DNA of 64,000 bases from Callorhinchus milii (taxonomy: Eukaryota), in the NCBI RefSeq assembly GCF_018977255.1, contig NW_024704742.1:1860001-1924000 (forward strand), in the 5' to 3' direction. Position 1 is the first letter of the stretch. Each line of letters starts with the position of its first letter. The notes under the pieces were generated by a model, which saw nothing but the letters and a program-made list of their open reading frames with translations, ran no database searches and was not told the DNA's origin. The translations under genes and the position numbers were made by a program. Below are positions 50,502-63,765 of this stretch, piece after piece.

Positions 50502-52539
50502 CACCTGCACAGCCAGGCTGACTCCATATTATCGATGCAGAGACTGAACTCTTCTCCACTGAGTTCAACACACCGGGTGGGGGGAACTGTCTGCAAGTTT
50601 TAACACGTAAGGTAAAAGAAACGTGTACAGACAGACGGTCGTTGCAATGCGCAGTGCTTTAGCGCGAATGTCTGTTGGAGCCGAATTCATAACAGTTTTT
50701 AAAAGGAAAACAACATTAAAGCTATGTGGAGAAATTGAGATCACAGTAGGTCCTATGGGTCATTTTGTGCTTGCTCCTGTGGGTTATTTAGTGCCAGCGC
50801 AGATATGATGTGCTCAATCACATCTTTCTGTGCTTCGATTTCTACGATTCTATTATTGAAACAATTTATTATGTTGGTGGGGTGGGGGGGGAAACATTTT
50901 GCCCAGGCTCATTTTGCTGTCTCCAACATTCAGGGGAAGAATTATTTAGCAATGAACTAGTTTGTATCTTTATCCCCTTTGCAAATACTGACTGGACTGT
51001 GGTGAAGGATGAAATTACAATAGCAAGTGGGAAGCACGACATTCGAACAAAGCAGATCAATGAAATTTTTAATCAATAATGAAAACTAATGAAACTACAG
51101 CAAACAGTTGTGTACTTTTTCCGAGTGGCTCCGTTAGGGCAAGACCTATGATCTTGACATTTACAAGTTGTGGGCAGTTTTTTTTGTGTGTGTGTGTGCA
51201 GAGCAGCACACACACAGTCAACACGTTGGGGCTCAGGAACACATGAAAACACAATTGTTTTCTGGCAAAAAACACAACAAATTGATTCTGGAAATCTTAT
51301 TTCTGTCGCTGCCCTGTGAGCGGGCTATTTTTCGCGTTCACGTTCTCTTGGCTTGCGTGGAGCAGGCATTTAATTCATTTTACAAGTAAAACTCTTACAC
51401 GGTGAAGTGGTGAGCGGTGTCAGAACAGAAGCAGCGAATTGAAACGCTCCCTTTGAAAATTGACTGCTTTCGGTTTGAACACTGCAAGTCAAACAATTGC
51501 AGTATAACCACTGGTAGACGCCGGTGTTTGTGTGAATTAAAAATTGCATATCAATTCTAAATGAAGGGTACAAGGGCAAATAGTTGTGCTTAATGTGTCC
51601 CCTGACAGTTTTTCAAGTGGCAGTTATTAATAGACGGCTTTGAAAGTACCAGAGCCTTAATGATCTTCGCAGGATCTTTCAAGTGTGGGGAGTGCAAACT
51701 GAGGGAGGTCACTGCAGGATGCTCATATATTTTAATTTGTCTAGACTAACCAGCTTTGCACTTGCGTTAATTTTTACTGTCTATTCGAGTGTGCCAACTG
51801 CGTGTTTGACAAAGGGACGGGACATTCTGATGTCAGTGGATCTTCCACTACAATCGAGAGGAAATGTAATTGCATCCCATCAAGTGCGAAGACAACCGCA
51901 ACAATTTGCATTTATATAGCGCCCTTCACGCGGGATAAGGTCCCGGAGGGCTTTAAACAGGCGGCCAACTTCCCAATAAGAGAAGGGAGTTTTTCCTGGT
52001 GACCTGACCAACAAAACCTTCCCCCCACCCGCTCTCCCCCGGATATAATTGGTCACTCACTCCACGGCTGTTTGTAGGACATTGCTGTGCGCAAACTGGC
52101 GGCCGTGTTTTGCCCACAAAACACACAGCGTATCCTGCGAAGGCAAATTAGCTGCCGCATTATAGACATGTACAGCGCAGGAGGAGGAAATATTGAACGA
52201 AAACATTTTGTTGAATATTCTTTCTGATGGAGCTTTTTTGGGTCACTGAGCAACTTGCTCCTTTCTAAAGCGATACGTACACACATACACTCTACATGTA
52301 TGAGCGGGTTCTCCTCCAATGAAAGCGTTGAATTGATTCGACCGAGTTTTCCTCTGGTGACCTCGCATCACAAGACTGCGAAGAGTCATCTTGACATCTG
52401 CCGAGAATAAATAGTTATTGTGAGATGTTTGAGAAATATTCCACTTCCACTTCCGTCCATCACTCCCTCTCCCTCTCCCCCCCCCTCCCTCCCCCCACCA
52501 AAAAAAAGAAGAAAAGATTTGATAATATCGTTAAGTTTT

Positions 52540-52862
52540 TCACCCATTGACGTTGTGCAAAAGGAGATTGATCAATCATTTTTAGATTACCGAGAAGTCA
52601 GCTCAAGGACAAGGAGTCTGCACTCCCAGCCGTGCTGCAGAATCTCCGCACGAGAGATGTGTGGAATGGACGTGTCGCTCTCTGCAGCACATTAGTGCTG
52701 CATGAGTCTGAAAGATACAAGGTAGATGAAAGATAGAGGCCTGAAGGGGTATGGGGATAAGGCAAGGGCAGTGGGATTGGATGAACAGCTTGCTTTGAGA
52801 GCCGCTGTGGACTCAGTGGGCTGAATGTTCTCCTCCCGCGCTGCACATTTCTGGAATTCTAG
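52540..52862 (+). mobile_element. CR1 3' end (diverged)
   Basis: gtggaatg...gtagatgaa...gtgggctgaatgttctcctcccgcgctgcacatttctggaattct resembles a CR1 3'UTR. Confidence 0.55.
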
Positions 52863-53829
52863 TGTAAATCAAATAAGAAAGTCCTTGGTCGAGTGAAAGT
52901 CTGTACGGCAAAAAAATTGAAATGCTCAGCTGTGTGCGTGGGGCGCGGTGCGGTGCGTGCGCGTGTGTGTATGTGTGTGCGCTTTTCGCTTTGATCGAGG
53001 CGAAGTTTGTTTTAAAAATCAGCTGCAGGCCAGCGGGAGTGAGCTCTGTCCTCCTATCTGTCCTAGTTTGGGGAGTCTAGAAAAATGAAAAAAGTTCCAG
53101 AAACATTTGTTATCCTTGGCAGTACCCTCGCGCTTCTATAATTAGAACCTTTAAATGTGAATTCCCAGAGTGAAGTTAGACAGCAGAGCGGGTAATGAAA
53201 GTGAACGTCCCTATCGTACAGCACAAGGTGCATTTAGGAGTTTGCTAATGGTTCTCTCATTTATCCTCCAGCTCTTGTCAGCCCCTCTTGTTCTCCGCTT
53301 CTATTAATACCCTGGCAGTAACCTGAATTCTGTTTAAATTTAACACCTCAGGAATTGCTAATGGGGTTAGAGCTGGGACAGACTGCAACAGATTAAGTGA
53401 AGCTGGTAGCAGGTCTCATCGTCTCCAAGACAATAATTGATTTTTTTTTTTTGGATCGCATGGCTTTCGAATGCCCTCGATGGAACCCTGATAGTTTGTT
53501 TTCTTGTGTAATGTTATTAAAAATGATAGATTGGGAAAAGGAGGTGGAACAGAGTCGTGGAGGGAGAGAGAGAGAGAGAGAGCGAGACCGAGGGCGAAGA
53601 GAAAACAAGCCAACTCTGCAAGAGATTTGGATTTGAAACCAATCCCCATGTATTCTTTCAGGACATGAGCCGGGAAGATTAGTTGCGATAAATTCACCCT
53701 TATTTAGAGAATGAAAAGTCTCTGCCTCTCTCTTCAGATTGGAGAGTTATACGGGATGTGTCTGTACAGGATGTCATTTATTTCAACGTGGAGTTAGGGG
53801 GAAAAAAATCAAAATAGATAAACCTTCCG

Positions 53830-54040
53830 TTTCATTTATTGTGCCTTTCACTTTGAAAGCACTTCACAAAAGTTATTGTAAAGTGTGCAGTTACCCCCAA
53901 TGCAGACACCCCCCCCCCCCCAAGCAGGACACTGGAAGGTCAACCTAGACTGTGGGACATCAAAGTCCCAACATAGGACTTGAGCCCACAACCTTATGAC
54001 TCCGAGGCGAGAGGGAGATCAACTGAGCCAGGCTGACACC
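53830..54040 (-). mobile_element. DeuSINE tail and head with the centre deleted
   Basis: Head ggacttgagcccacaaccttatgactccgaggcgagagggagatcaactgagccaggctgacac. Confidence 0.75.
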
Positions 54041-54579
54041 GGGCAGATTTGAGGCCATTTAAAAGGGGGGGGGGAGGGGGAGGAGGGAATAAATGTTAAA
54101 GATTACTGGAGAGATTTTTTGTTTCTGTTTACATACTGTATTAATTTGCAAAGCAAAGAAAACATCTTTGCAGAAGATTTGTCTGTAGGCAGATAAATAG
54201 AAGCAGTAATTTTTTTGTTGTTGGGTGGGGGGGTGGTGGTGGGGGAAGCCGGGTGTCTGACACATGCGGAAACCCATCACCTTGTTTAAGAGTATCCAAG
54301 CCAAACTGAGACTTCAATGCAGACCACGTGTGCATGGAAATTCCCGAGATATTTATTGGAACGGAATGCACTCTCTCTCTCTCTCTCTCTCTCTCTGGAG
54401 ACACATATTCCTGCTTATCTAATGCTAGAGATTATCAGGCGCAGGTTGGCAAGAACCAAGGCTTGGGGACCCCAGAGAGTGTTTTTTCGACACCGCTGGA
54501 GTTTAACCAGCTAAAACCGCACAGCTTGCTATTGCTGGCAAACCTTTCCCACCTCTTCTCCAGCTAGGACCACCCTACC

Positions 54580-55400
54580 TGTTGGAGCTTTGGCTTGCAG
54601 GGTTAACAGCTGCTTTTGTGGGAAGAATCCCTGAGCTCAGTGATGGGCCGGTCCAGTCAGTGAGGCAGGCTGGCTGGGCTGTTGTCAGCGGTGCCCTGGA
54701 ATACTGCGGACCTGCCTGGCTCAGGAACTCAACTGCCCAGACTGCAATAGAGGGTGGGCTGTTGTTCAGTTCGGTTCCAAGGAAATCTCACTCACCGATC
54801 TCCCAAAAAGGATGGTCTGCCCCAGGGTGGTTATTTGACATCTGACAAGCACGGATTAGAGCCCTCACAAGGTTGGATGGTGGTTACCAAGAACTCCTTG
54901 TGGGGCCTCCCGCTGGGCAACACAGCTCAGCTTGAAATGCTTGAGAGCATTGCCAACATCTTCCTGCCCGCAGCTCGGACAAACATCCCTTCCCATTGAG
55001 CGATGGCTCCACCGGGTGGAGGTGCGAAGCTTAATCGGGGTGGATTCCAAGCACTGACGAACTCCCCAAGTCACGCCTTCCAGCAGCCGTCGCTCCAAAC
55101 CTCACAGTTTCCTCCTCCGCTGTCTGTCGGGCATCTGGCTTCAGCGTGGTGGCATGTTACAAGCTTTCCATTTTGTTACGGAGGAGCTTGTGACAAGCCA
55201 GCCACCTCGATGCTGTCAAGGTCCCAAGTCCAATGCCACTTTCCAGGCTTACTCAGCGCCAGCCGCTTCAGCCAGGTTCAGGGTGAGGGGCTTTGGCAAA
55301 TAGACATGTGGGAGCCCGACTCTCGGTGCTCAGCAACAGGTTAGTGTCGGCCAGAGCCCTCAAGCCCTCGTTTGCACACATCCACTTCACCGCTCGGTCC
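54580..55400 (+). mobile_element. Very old Ingi/Vingi-like LINE remnant
   Basis: SGALEYCGPAWLRNS (cf. SAAEYCAPVWxRS), KKDGLPQG, AKLNR, and a decayed C-terminal CG..HI-like region. Confidence 0.45.
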
Positions 55401-55879
55401 CTGGCGTTTACAAAAGGGCTGTAGGAATCCTTCTGCTGCATCCCCAGGAACTTGGATCCATCGAGGAGATGCATAAAGATAAATTGTACAATTGATGGGT
55501 CATAAATATTTTATTTTCGGTCGTAACTGTCCCTGTCAAATGGCAGGTCGTGTGCATTGTTTGGTAATGTCTTTAAGGTATTGCATGCTGTCAGCGACTG
55601 CTGAAACTTTAGTGCTGACCGGATTCAGTTGACCTATATAGCTGCTCAGTGCTTAACAGGTTGTTGGCGGCTAGAAAGGGAACCCTAATGTGCAAGTTAA
55701 TTAGCTTCAAAATTAAAGGGGGATGGATTGTTCCTGGCCTATTTCTGAACACAATAGGCATTTGGCCGTGCTTTCAGTTTGCTAAATATTCGAAGGCTTG
55801 ACAGGTGTTTACACGTGAGCAGTGAATGAGAAACGATACGGTCTGTGTCAATGTTTTGTACCGTGCAGTACAAGATACC

Positions 55880-56030
55880 GAATTGTATTCGTATTGCGCC
55901 TTTCATGTCGGGAGGACGTCCCAAGGCTGGGGATCTAGAGGCTGAAGGCCCGACCGCCAAGGGTGGGTCCTGTTGGAGCGGGGGACATGGGGCAGGCTGG
56001 GGAGCCTGCTGAGCGGAGCGTGTTCTTACC
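55880..56030 (-). mobile_element. L2 3' fragment
   Basis: The minus strand reads LRSAGS...PTLGGRAFSL, joined directly to the tail hairpin. Confidence 0.75.
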
Positions 56031-56449
56031 ATGAAGCACAACACGCTTTGGTATGTCTGGCATCATCGCTATGTTTAAAAGGAGCGTCTCAATTACACGC
56101 GTGGATTCCCCGTGAAATGGAAAGTATGTCAAATCACTTTTACGTGAATAGTGGAATGAATCGGAGGAGATAGAGTAATGACTTGAAATACCTTCAGGAT
56201 CTTGGACCTTCAACCCAGAACCCTCTGATCCTGAGGCAAGAGTGCAGCAAGCTTCGTCCCCTTTGCTTACTTAGCTTTACCGACAAAATACACAGTCGCT
56301 ACACTCGATAGTAAAGCCCGTGAGATGATTTTAGGCCTCCTGACGTAAAAGGCACTGTACCAAACGCAAGGAATGTTCTAATCGTTAATTGTTTTTTTTT
56401 TCCTTTGTTTAAAAAAAATCGGTGGCTTTACCGATGTACCCGCTGCGTT

Positions 56450-56900
56450 AGTTAACACGGTGTTGAGTTGCTGGAATTAGGGTCAGGGTACGGTAGCTTG
56501 TCTCGACAGCGCACCGGGTATTTGGTCGAGAAGTTGGCGATGAGCGGGAGGTTGCGAGTGAGCTATCTGGAAGCCTGAGAAGTTCTGGCATGTGCCTACC
56601 TGGAGAGGGAGGGTGTGGGGTGGGGGGGATTAACAGATGAGTTATTTGAGGGGTCAACATTGTCCTGGTGCTTTCACAAGACAAACCACAGCGTCACCTC
56701 GCGTGAACCGAGCGAGGAGGAGAAGGACGACCCGAGCGGAGACGCTACTGCGTCTGTACAGCTGGCAGCAAGTCCGTATCTCGGCACAAACGTCCACGAG
56801 AATACAAAATGGTGCATTCTGAAAGCTTATGCTGCACTAGATACAACATCTGCTGCAGCGCCAGAGTTTCTCTTGAGCCAACCCAGCCCGGAGCAAGCTG
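56450..56900 (-). mobile_element. Old Ingi/Vingi-like RT fragment
   Basis: The minus strand has a GLAQ..LA-like segment, then KYPV...YRTLT (cf. PKYLGVTLDRTLT). Confidence 0.35.
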
Positions 56901-58214
56901 CTTGAGTAACTGAGCCAATGCAGAAATTCCCAGTCAAGCCGCCTCAACTAATTCCATTGATTTGAAAAATATATCCGCGAGACAGTTTGAGTATCGGAGA
57001 GAACAGCGATTTTTTTTCTCTCTCTCTCTCTCTCTCCAGCTGACGATTTATTTGCTCTCGCGTGTGAACGGCGTGATTACGAAACGTGAAGGCTACACCG
57101 AGCACCGGCTGTGCTTTTGAGACACTCAGACCTCGTTCCTTTGTGAGCGAGCTGATCTCTGCTGGGGTGAATATATGATCATGAGAAATGACCTCTTGTC
57201 TCGGGGCGGGGGGAATGGGGTGGGGGTGTTAATCTGACTCATTCCCTTTCTTGGTTACTGACTAACGAAACACCTGCAGAGAAACTTCAAAGTTAAAACT
57301 TTATGGGAAGCAAACAGGATCTGGGTTTGCTGCCTATTCCGATGGATCAGACCCTCTGACAATCGATAGATCGCAATTCTGCAGTTGTCCCTCCGATAGC
57401 TGGAAAGCACTCGTTTAAGAGAAAATCTATTGCTTTAAATCTGAACCAAGGGTAGCTCAGCATCCCAGGTAGGACTGCCTGTTTCCATAGATTGAGTGAA
57501 ATGCACTCCTGGTGTTTCTAGCCATCCATGTTTCACATACAGGCCCCCCCACCCCCAGCACTGCAACACTCACCCCAGGCACACTGGCAGCCCTCCTACT
57601 GCAGGTAGGGAGAGGGGCTCCTGTTGGGTTGATGGTACTCATGCCAGATTGCTTTGTGGGGAAGGTGGGGGGAAACAAGTGGTGCAAAGGATTGGTTGCG
57701 GTATCTTCATCACACGGATACAGGCTTAAATCAAGACCGGATCGATTAGACCTGACCTCTCTGTGAGGAACTTGCACAAAATCAGTTTGCCACGTGTTCG
57801 AACAGTTCCCGGGTGGAGGGGGTTGGAAACACCATAATTCAGCATTAACTGGAACAAAATTGGCAATGGCACTCAGACAGGCATCGAGGATGGCAGATAT
57901 TGGAAGCAGATATGTCACGATGCGAATGTGGTGATCCCTCTGACATTTGAAGGTGATACTGTGGAGATGCACAGAATTCTCAGGTCTTCATTTACTCTCA
58001 GTGTTTGTGCTCAATCGTCTGGGAAGGATGCTCCACATCTGATTTTTTAAAAAAAATCCAAATGGAAATGCAGTCCAGGCCCAGATAGTTCATTTCAGAC
58101 TTGGGGCTGAAATTAAATGAAAAAAACTTTGAGCAAAAGGAGTTCTGTCCCAGGCGACAATTCCCCAGAAAAAAAGATTGGTCATTTACTTCATGGCTGT
58201 TTGTGGGACATTGC

Positions 58215-58445
58215 TACAACAACAACAAAATAAAATTACATTTGAAAAAGCGTCTTTCACGTCGGGAGGACGTCCCAAGGCGCTGGACAGTCGGTGTTTC
58301 GGACCCGAGCTGGGGGTGATGGGATCGGGGAGGGTGGAGGGGAGTGGGGGGGAAGAAGGGTGATCGAAAGCACGGTCGAAGAGGAGGGTCTTGAGATGGG
58401 TCTTCAAGGAGGCGAGGGAGTGGGCGAGGCAGAGGGGACTGGGGT
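58215..58445 (-). mobile_element. L2 3' end adjoining SINE fragments
   Basis: (CAA)n, tail hairpin, and SLASLKTHLKTLLF on the minus strand. Confidence 0.85.
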
Positions 58446-61259
58446 AGAAGGACAATGTAGAAGGCACAGTGCCTTTTAAGTCTGGAGGATCTCCCAAAGA
58501 GCTTCACAGGATTTACTGTGAAGTGGAGTGACTCTATTTCTCCCTGAATGAGGTAACCCATTTGCACAAGGCAATGTCCTGCAAATAGTCCCACACAAAA
58601 GCCATGATACACTTAATAAATATAATATAATATAATAAAGCGTGGAACAGGACAAGGACATCGAGCTCAATACTATCCCTCTTCTTCCTCCACAAGTGCA
58701 CTCCGGCTACAGTGTTCGTCTCGAGTCTTGTTGTCAAAGGTTGTTCTGCTCCTGTAAACCTGAAACTTTACGCACGAATCAATGACTAAAGAAAATAGAA
58801 TCTCGATAATGGCAAACTTCCACCCAGAACTACGGACTTCATCAAACCGTATTTAAATGTAAATTGATAGCGGGCCAACCCTGCAGTGAACAGATATACT
58901 ATTGCCACAAACAATGGAGTACATCATTGCATTTCTGAAATCATTCCCAGTTTCCTAAATTGCACTGACCAATCTCATGTTCATCCCTCAGGAATCAAAT
59001 CCAATTTACACCAGTTTTTTGATGTACTTAAAATAATACAACTGTGAGACTGGTGTAATGCCGGAAAGAAATTTGCTGTGAAGATTTTTTTTAATATTTT
59101 CAATGGCGTGTAAGCTTTCGGCAAGAAGTCCCGAACCATTTGCATTTGCCCTAACCAGCCTACAGGGGACACAGAATAATACGCTGCTGGAATGACTGGT
59201 GTAAAGAGGCAATGTTTGGAGGAGGTAAGTGTTTGACTGAGCCTTTTGTTTTCGTTCAGGGAGGGACAGAATTCAGAAAGTTGGTTGTGGCAGAACGCTG
59301 GATTCGATATACATTCGTTTATTAACTATTACCACTCACAATTTGGCGTGATGATGTGTTTAATTCATTGATAAAGAATGTAACGTAAGTTTCTACACAA
59401 TTGTAGTAATAATTCTTGCATTTGATAGAACGCCTTTCACATTGGGAGGACGTCTCAAAGCCCTTGACAGAATTTGACTGTAAACAACGATTTGGCATTT
59501 ATACAACTCTATTCATGAAAAATAACATCCCTGGGGCACTTTAAAGTGTCAGGGGCAGACGTTGAGGAGGGCGGAGGGCAGATGGGAGAAGGAAGAGATG
59601 ACCAATTGGTCACCATAGGTCAGTGAGGCAGGTTTTGAGGTGGGTGAGATGGGGGTGGAGGCGGAGGGGAACGAAGGAGAGAGTTCCAGAAGAGAGGGGC
59701 ATGGAATTGGAAAGGCTGGGCTCCAATGGTGTGGGTAGGGCTAGGGGGTATATAGAAAACGTGAATGAGCCGAGCATCAAGGGCGAGCAGGTGAGTGGAG
59801 TAGACGAAGATTGGAAAGATAGAAGATGTTAGGGCGTAAAGTATAGTGACTGAAAATTTTGTCATCAAACTAAACAGAAACAAATGGTTGGCCAAACCTT
59901 TTCTTGTCATCGCAGGCAGTGCCAATTGAAGCAAACAGCTGATTCAATTCTAAGGATGAAAACAGAAGCATAACTTCATCACATTATCACATTAGCCTTT
60001 AAAAACGATCCCAAATTCTCATAAAAGCAACCGCTTCCACCAACACAAATCCTCTTTGGCCGGTCTGAAGACAAAACAATGCTGCTTGTCATTGCAATTC
60101 TGTTTTTGACTGTGTGCATATTGAGCTCAGTGGCAATGCAGATCATCCATCATCTTTATCTCCTGCCGATGGCTTCCTCGGAAATTCTAAATGAAATGCA
60201 TATCACCATCATGCATCTGGGGAGCAGGGCAGTTCACAACAATTTATTGCGTGCAATCGATAAAAGGCCCCTCGGCACAGCTTGGTGAGACATTCTGTCC
60301 AGGTGCTTTTTCACAGCCGTTTTGATTCAAATAGAGCAACACAATCCGTGCCACAGAGACGCAGGCACCAGTTCTGGAGCAGGAAGGGGTTTGAGATTGG
60401 CTGGAAATACATTATCAAGCCTGTTGTTTACCAAAGGTGTGAGTTGGTGTTGATAGAGGGACACATTCACAGTCACTTGTTTGCGTTACACTGATAGTGT
60501 CTGTTACCTTTGTTTCACTTTGCTTTATTGGATTTTATAGGCGCTCACTCAGGCCTCAGGCGTTTATAGTTTGCCAGACGCAACCCCATGAACAATAACC
60601 GGTAACAATACAGAGTTGAAACCAAGTGTTTGCTCTCAACATATTCCATTTAATCTTTTTCGGACAATTTATGCCGGTCAAAATTGTGGCAAATTTGAAT
60701 CCTTCCCTAGAAAATACACAGTCACTATACTTTGCAATAAAATCTTGTGAAGCGCTTTGAGGTGTCTTCCTGAAGTAAGTCACCAGTCATCAGTCATTTT
60801 GACCGACTGAACACTGTCTTTAATCACTGTTTTGAGAGCAAAGTCTCCGTTGGGAAATTAGTTCCTCCCTCCAGGCTTCTCCTGTTCAATTTGACTGCTA
60901 TCTTTTGAAAACAAATAATACTCTGATGCTATGAGAACAGCTCTTTCCACTTTAAAATGTAACTTCAAATACATTTTAGGACGGCGTATCTTATGTTTAA
61001 GATACTGCAAATGTTAATTTGAAGAGTACGGCACTTAACAAAGAATTGGTTCGAAGGAGCTCGACCCGGGCGTCGAGTGAAGCCGATTTCGTTATGATGG
61101 AAGATGGAGAAGTTGGATCTATATTCACTTAAGCAGTCAAAGTTGGGGTGGGACTTGACAGAGCGGTACCAAATTATGAGGGAGATGCTATTTCCACTGG
61201 AAGGGGAGTCACTGACTATCACATGTAGATGTAAGTCAAAAGAAGAGCGAAAGGATAGT

Positions 61260-61470
61260 TTAGGAGAATTTTTTTTCTCAAGAGTTGAAAAATGCGCTGC
61301 CAACTAAAGCGTGAGAGGCAGAGTTCATTTGGGTTTCCAGAGAGATGTTGGTAGCCATATGAGATTAGGGGATAGAGGAGGGCAGTGCGATTGAAAGTAT
61401 GGCTTGACCTGATGCAGACTAGATGGGCTGAATGGCTTCCTTCTGCTCTGTGAATTTCTTTGATTCACTG
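61260..61470 (+). mobile_element. CR1 3' end
   Basis: aggagaatttttttctcaagagttg (RRxFFSQRV) and gatgggctgaatggcttccttctgctctgtga. Confidence 0.65.
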
Positions 61471-62119
61471 AGCTTCTTAGCCCCTTGAAGTCTCTGAAAG
61501 AGAGATCATAATGCTTTCCCACTGCCAATTAGATAATATCCAACCCCAAAGGCTAAGATTTGCATCACCCGTTTCGTGTATCTTCAAATCTTCAAGCTTT
61601 GCCGTATATCTCTTGCAAGCATTTCTATCCGGGGATTTTGAAAGACAACAGCCAACAAGATTTGCCACAGCACTGAGGCAGATCCAGTTTCTTCACCTCC
61701 TGCTCAAACCTGTAGGACAGGAACTGATACCCCACCCCCGAAATCTGATGCTGGAGCCAGCAGACTGAAAGGTGAAAGGGGAAGGTCTTGTAGCTACAGT
61801 TTAATACTTTTTTTTGGTCAGCCAGGTAGGTGTCTTACACAAATGGAAACCCATCATCTTGTACTCAAGAGTATCCAAAGCAGACTGGGAGCGCCATATG
61901 TGTTCGGCACCTATACATGGGAACTTCTATGTCTGGAATGTAATAACGTGTACTCTCTCCCTGTGCGCATTGCATTCCACTCATTGAGGGACGGATGCTG
62001 CTTACCTAAATCCTTTAACAATGTGCGGCAGCCTGGGTCAGTACTCGGCCCGCACTCTGGCCACTGGGCCAGAAGCTCGTGCCACCTCCACGCTGAAACT
62101 CCAATGCAGCGCGCGCTGG

Positions 62120-62340
62120 GTGTTGTTGCATTGTCGCCTGTGTGTCGTTCTGATGAGGCGTTAACTGTGTGTTCAAGCCCCGAGGGCACTATTCCAAAAA
62201 AAGATGAGAGTTTTTCCCAGGGTCCTGGCCAACAACAAGCCCCCAAATAAAATTGGTCACTCGCTTCCTGGCTGTTTGTGGGACGTTGTTGTGGGCCATT
62301 GGGATGCCACGTTCAGTTACAAGTGTACAGTCACTGGACT
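62120..62340 (+). mobile_element. DeuSINE fragment
   Basis: gatgaggcgttaa...ggcactattcc...gtcctggccaaca...tggctgtttgtgggac. Confidence 0.7.
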
Positions 62341-62769
62341 TTAGTGCATAACGACAAAGCGCCTCACAGAATATATCTTGAAGTGTGGTGACTGCGTATT
62401 TTGTAAGCGAATACTGGTTCCTCTGCCTCGTTTGTGAAAGCCAGTGAGCTTTGTAGCCGTCCCCTTACGAATGAGCAAGATCAACGTTAAACTTAAAACA
62501 AAATCTAAACGTGAACCTGAATTTCCAATTATTTGGGAAAACTCTTGTGCACTTGCTCGAAACGGCTCATTGCAGACCTAAAGTGCAATAGATGTGGAAC
62601 AGTTCCTCGTACGGAATTAGCAATGGAGTTAGCGGATCACAGAAGTAGGGAGGAGCAAGGCTGGGGAGGGCTTTGAAAGTGAGGGCGTGGATTTCGAACT
62701 CTATCTTCTAGAGGACCGGGAGCCAGTGGAGCCGGGTGAGATGGGTGTGATAGGTTTAAAGAGGTTCAC

Positions 62770-63110
62770 GGAGCTCGTACCCCACCACTGTGGAGCTCAA
62801 GGCTTCAATGCTGTGGCAGAAGAAATAAACATCCAGCTCTTTGATGGGGAAACAGGAAAGCATTGCAACAGCCTGAGTGTAAATCATGTCTAATACATCA
62901 GTCATGACACATCCATTTTTAATGAACACATCCACCCTTGGCTTATTGTTGATCTCGGTCTCAAACTGTTTTTCGCATGGAGAACAAGACTGTTGCAGGA
63001 CATCAATATTGGTGAAGGTTCCTGGGTGCAGAGCACATGACGGAGGTTCTACCAGCAATAAGTTACCTCAGCACATACTCACGTCGAGGTGCAAAACATT
63101 TCTGGGTGGA
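62770..63110 (+). mobile_element. Old Ingi/Vingi-like LINE fragment
   Basis: EINIQLFDG..KH and LIVDLGLKLF resemble ELNIxLxG...YLGVTLDxxLTF. Confidence 0.3.
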
Positions 63111-63765
63111 GGATAAGCTGCTATATTTTGAATGAAGTGTTGAAATAATTGGGAATTGTTGTGCATTCAAGAACCCAGGAGCATAGAAATGGTAATGGAC
63201 GAGAAATGTCAATACTGATCCAATCCAGACTAACTGTTACATCACATTTTGGAGCTCACTGTAGTGTAGACGTCAGCTGTATTCTTGTAATTGGGCCCCT
63301 GTGGGTCATTTGCAAGTTATATCCAGTTACCGTTACGTTACGCTGTAAGACAAATGTATTGCAGTAGAAATACATCATTCAGCCTTGAGACGCAATCGCA
63401 AAAAAAAACTGAATGAAAGTTTCATAGTTCATTTTGATGTTTTATGTATAACATTTCAGAGAATTGAAGGAATGGAATGAAGGATGTGTGTGGGTGGGTG
63501 GGTGGGAATGGGGGGATTCGGGGGGGGTGAAATTCTGCCATGCATTAGAACCATTTGGTAGCTGATATTTCTGGTTTTTTGCACTCTACACTGCCATGGT
63601 AAGATTGCATTCTACTCAGTGTTACACTGACTGCCAGTGACAACCCTGTTGTAATGACGTTTCCATACATTACGACTGACTTAACAAGCTGCCAAGGTAT
63701 CATAGATCCAAATGTGCTTAGCAAACTACAGGTGCAAAGCCACCAATAAAATACCATATGGATTT

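Noticed and set aside
53718-53800. Strong acceptor tctctgcctctctcttcag as the next CCSER1 exon
   Set aside because: The phase-0 reading (IGELYGMC...stop) does not resemble the expected coiled-coil exon (DIMKDEC...KEKDELI as recalled).
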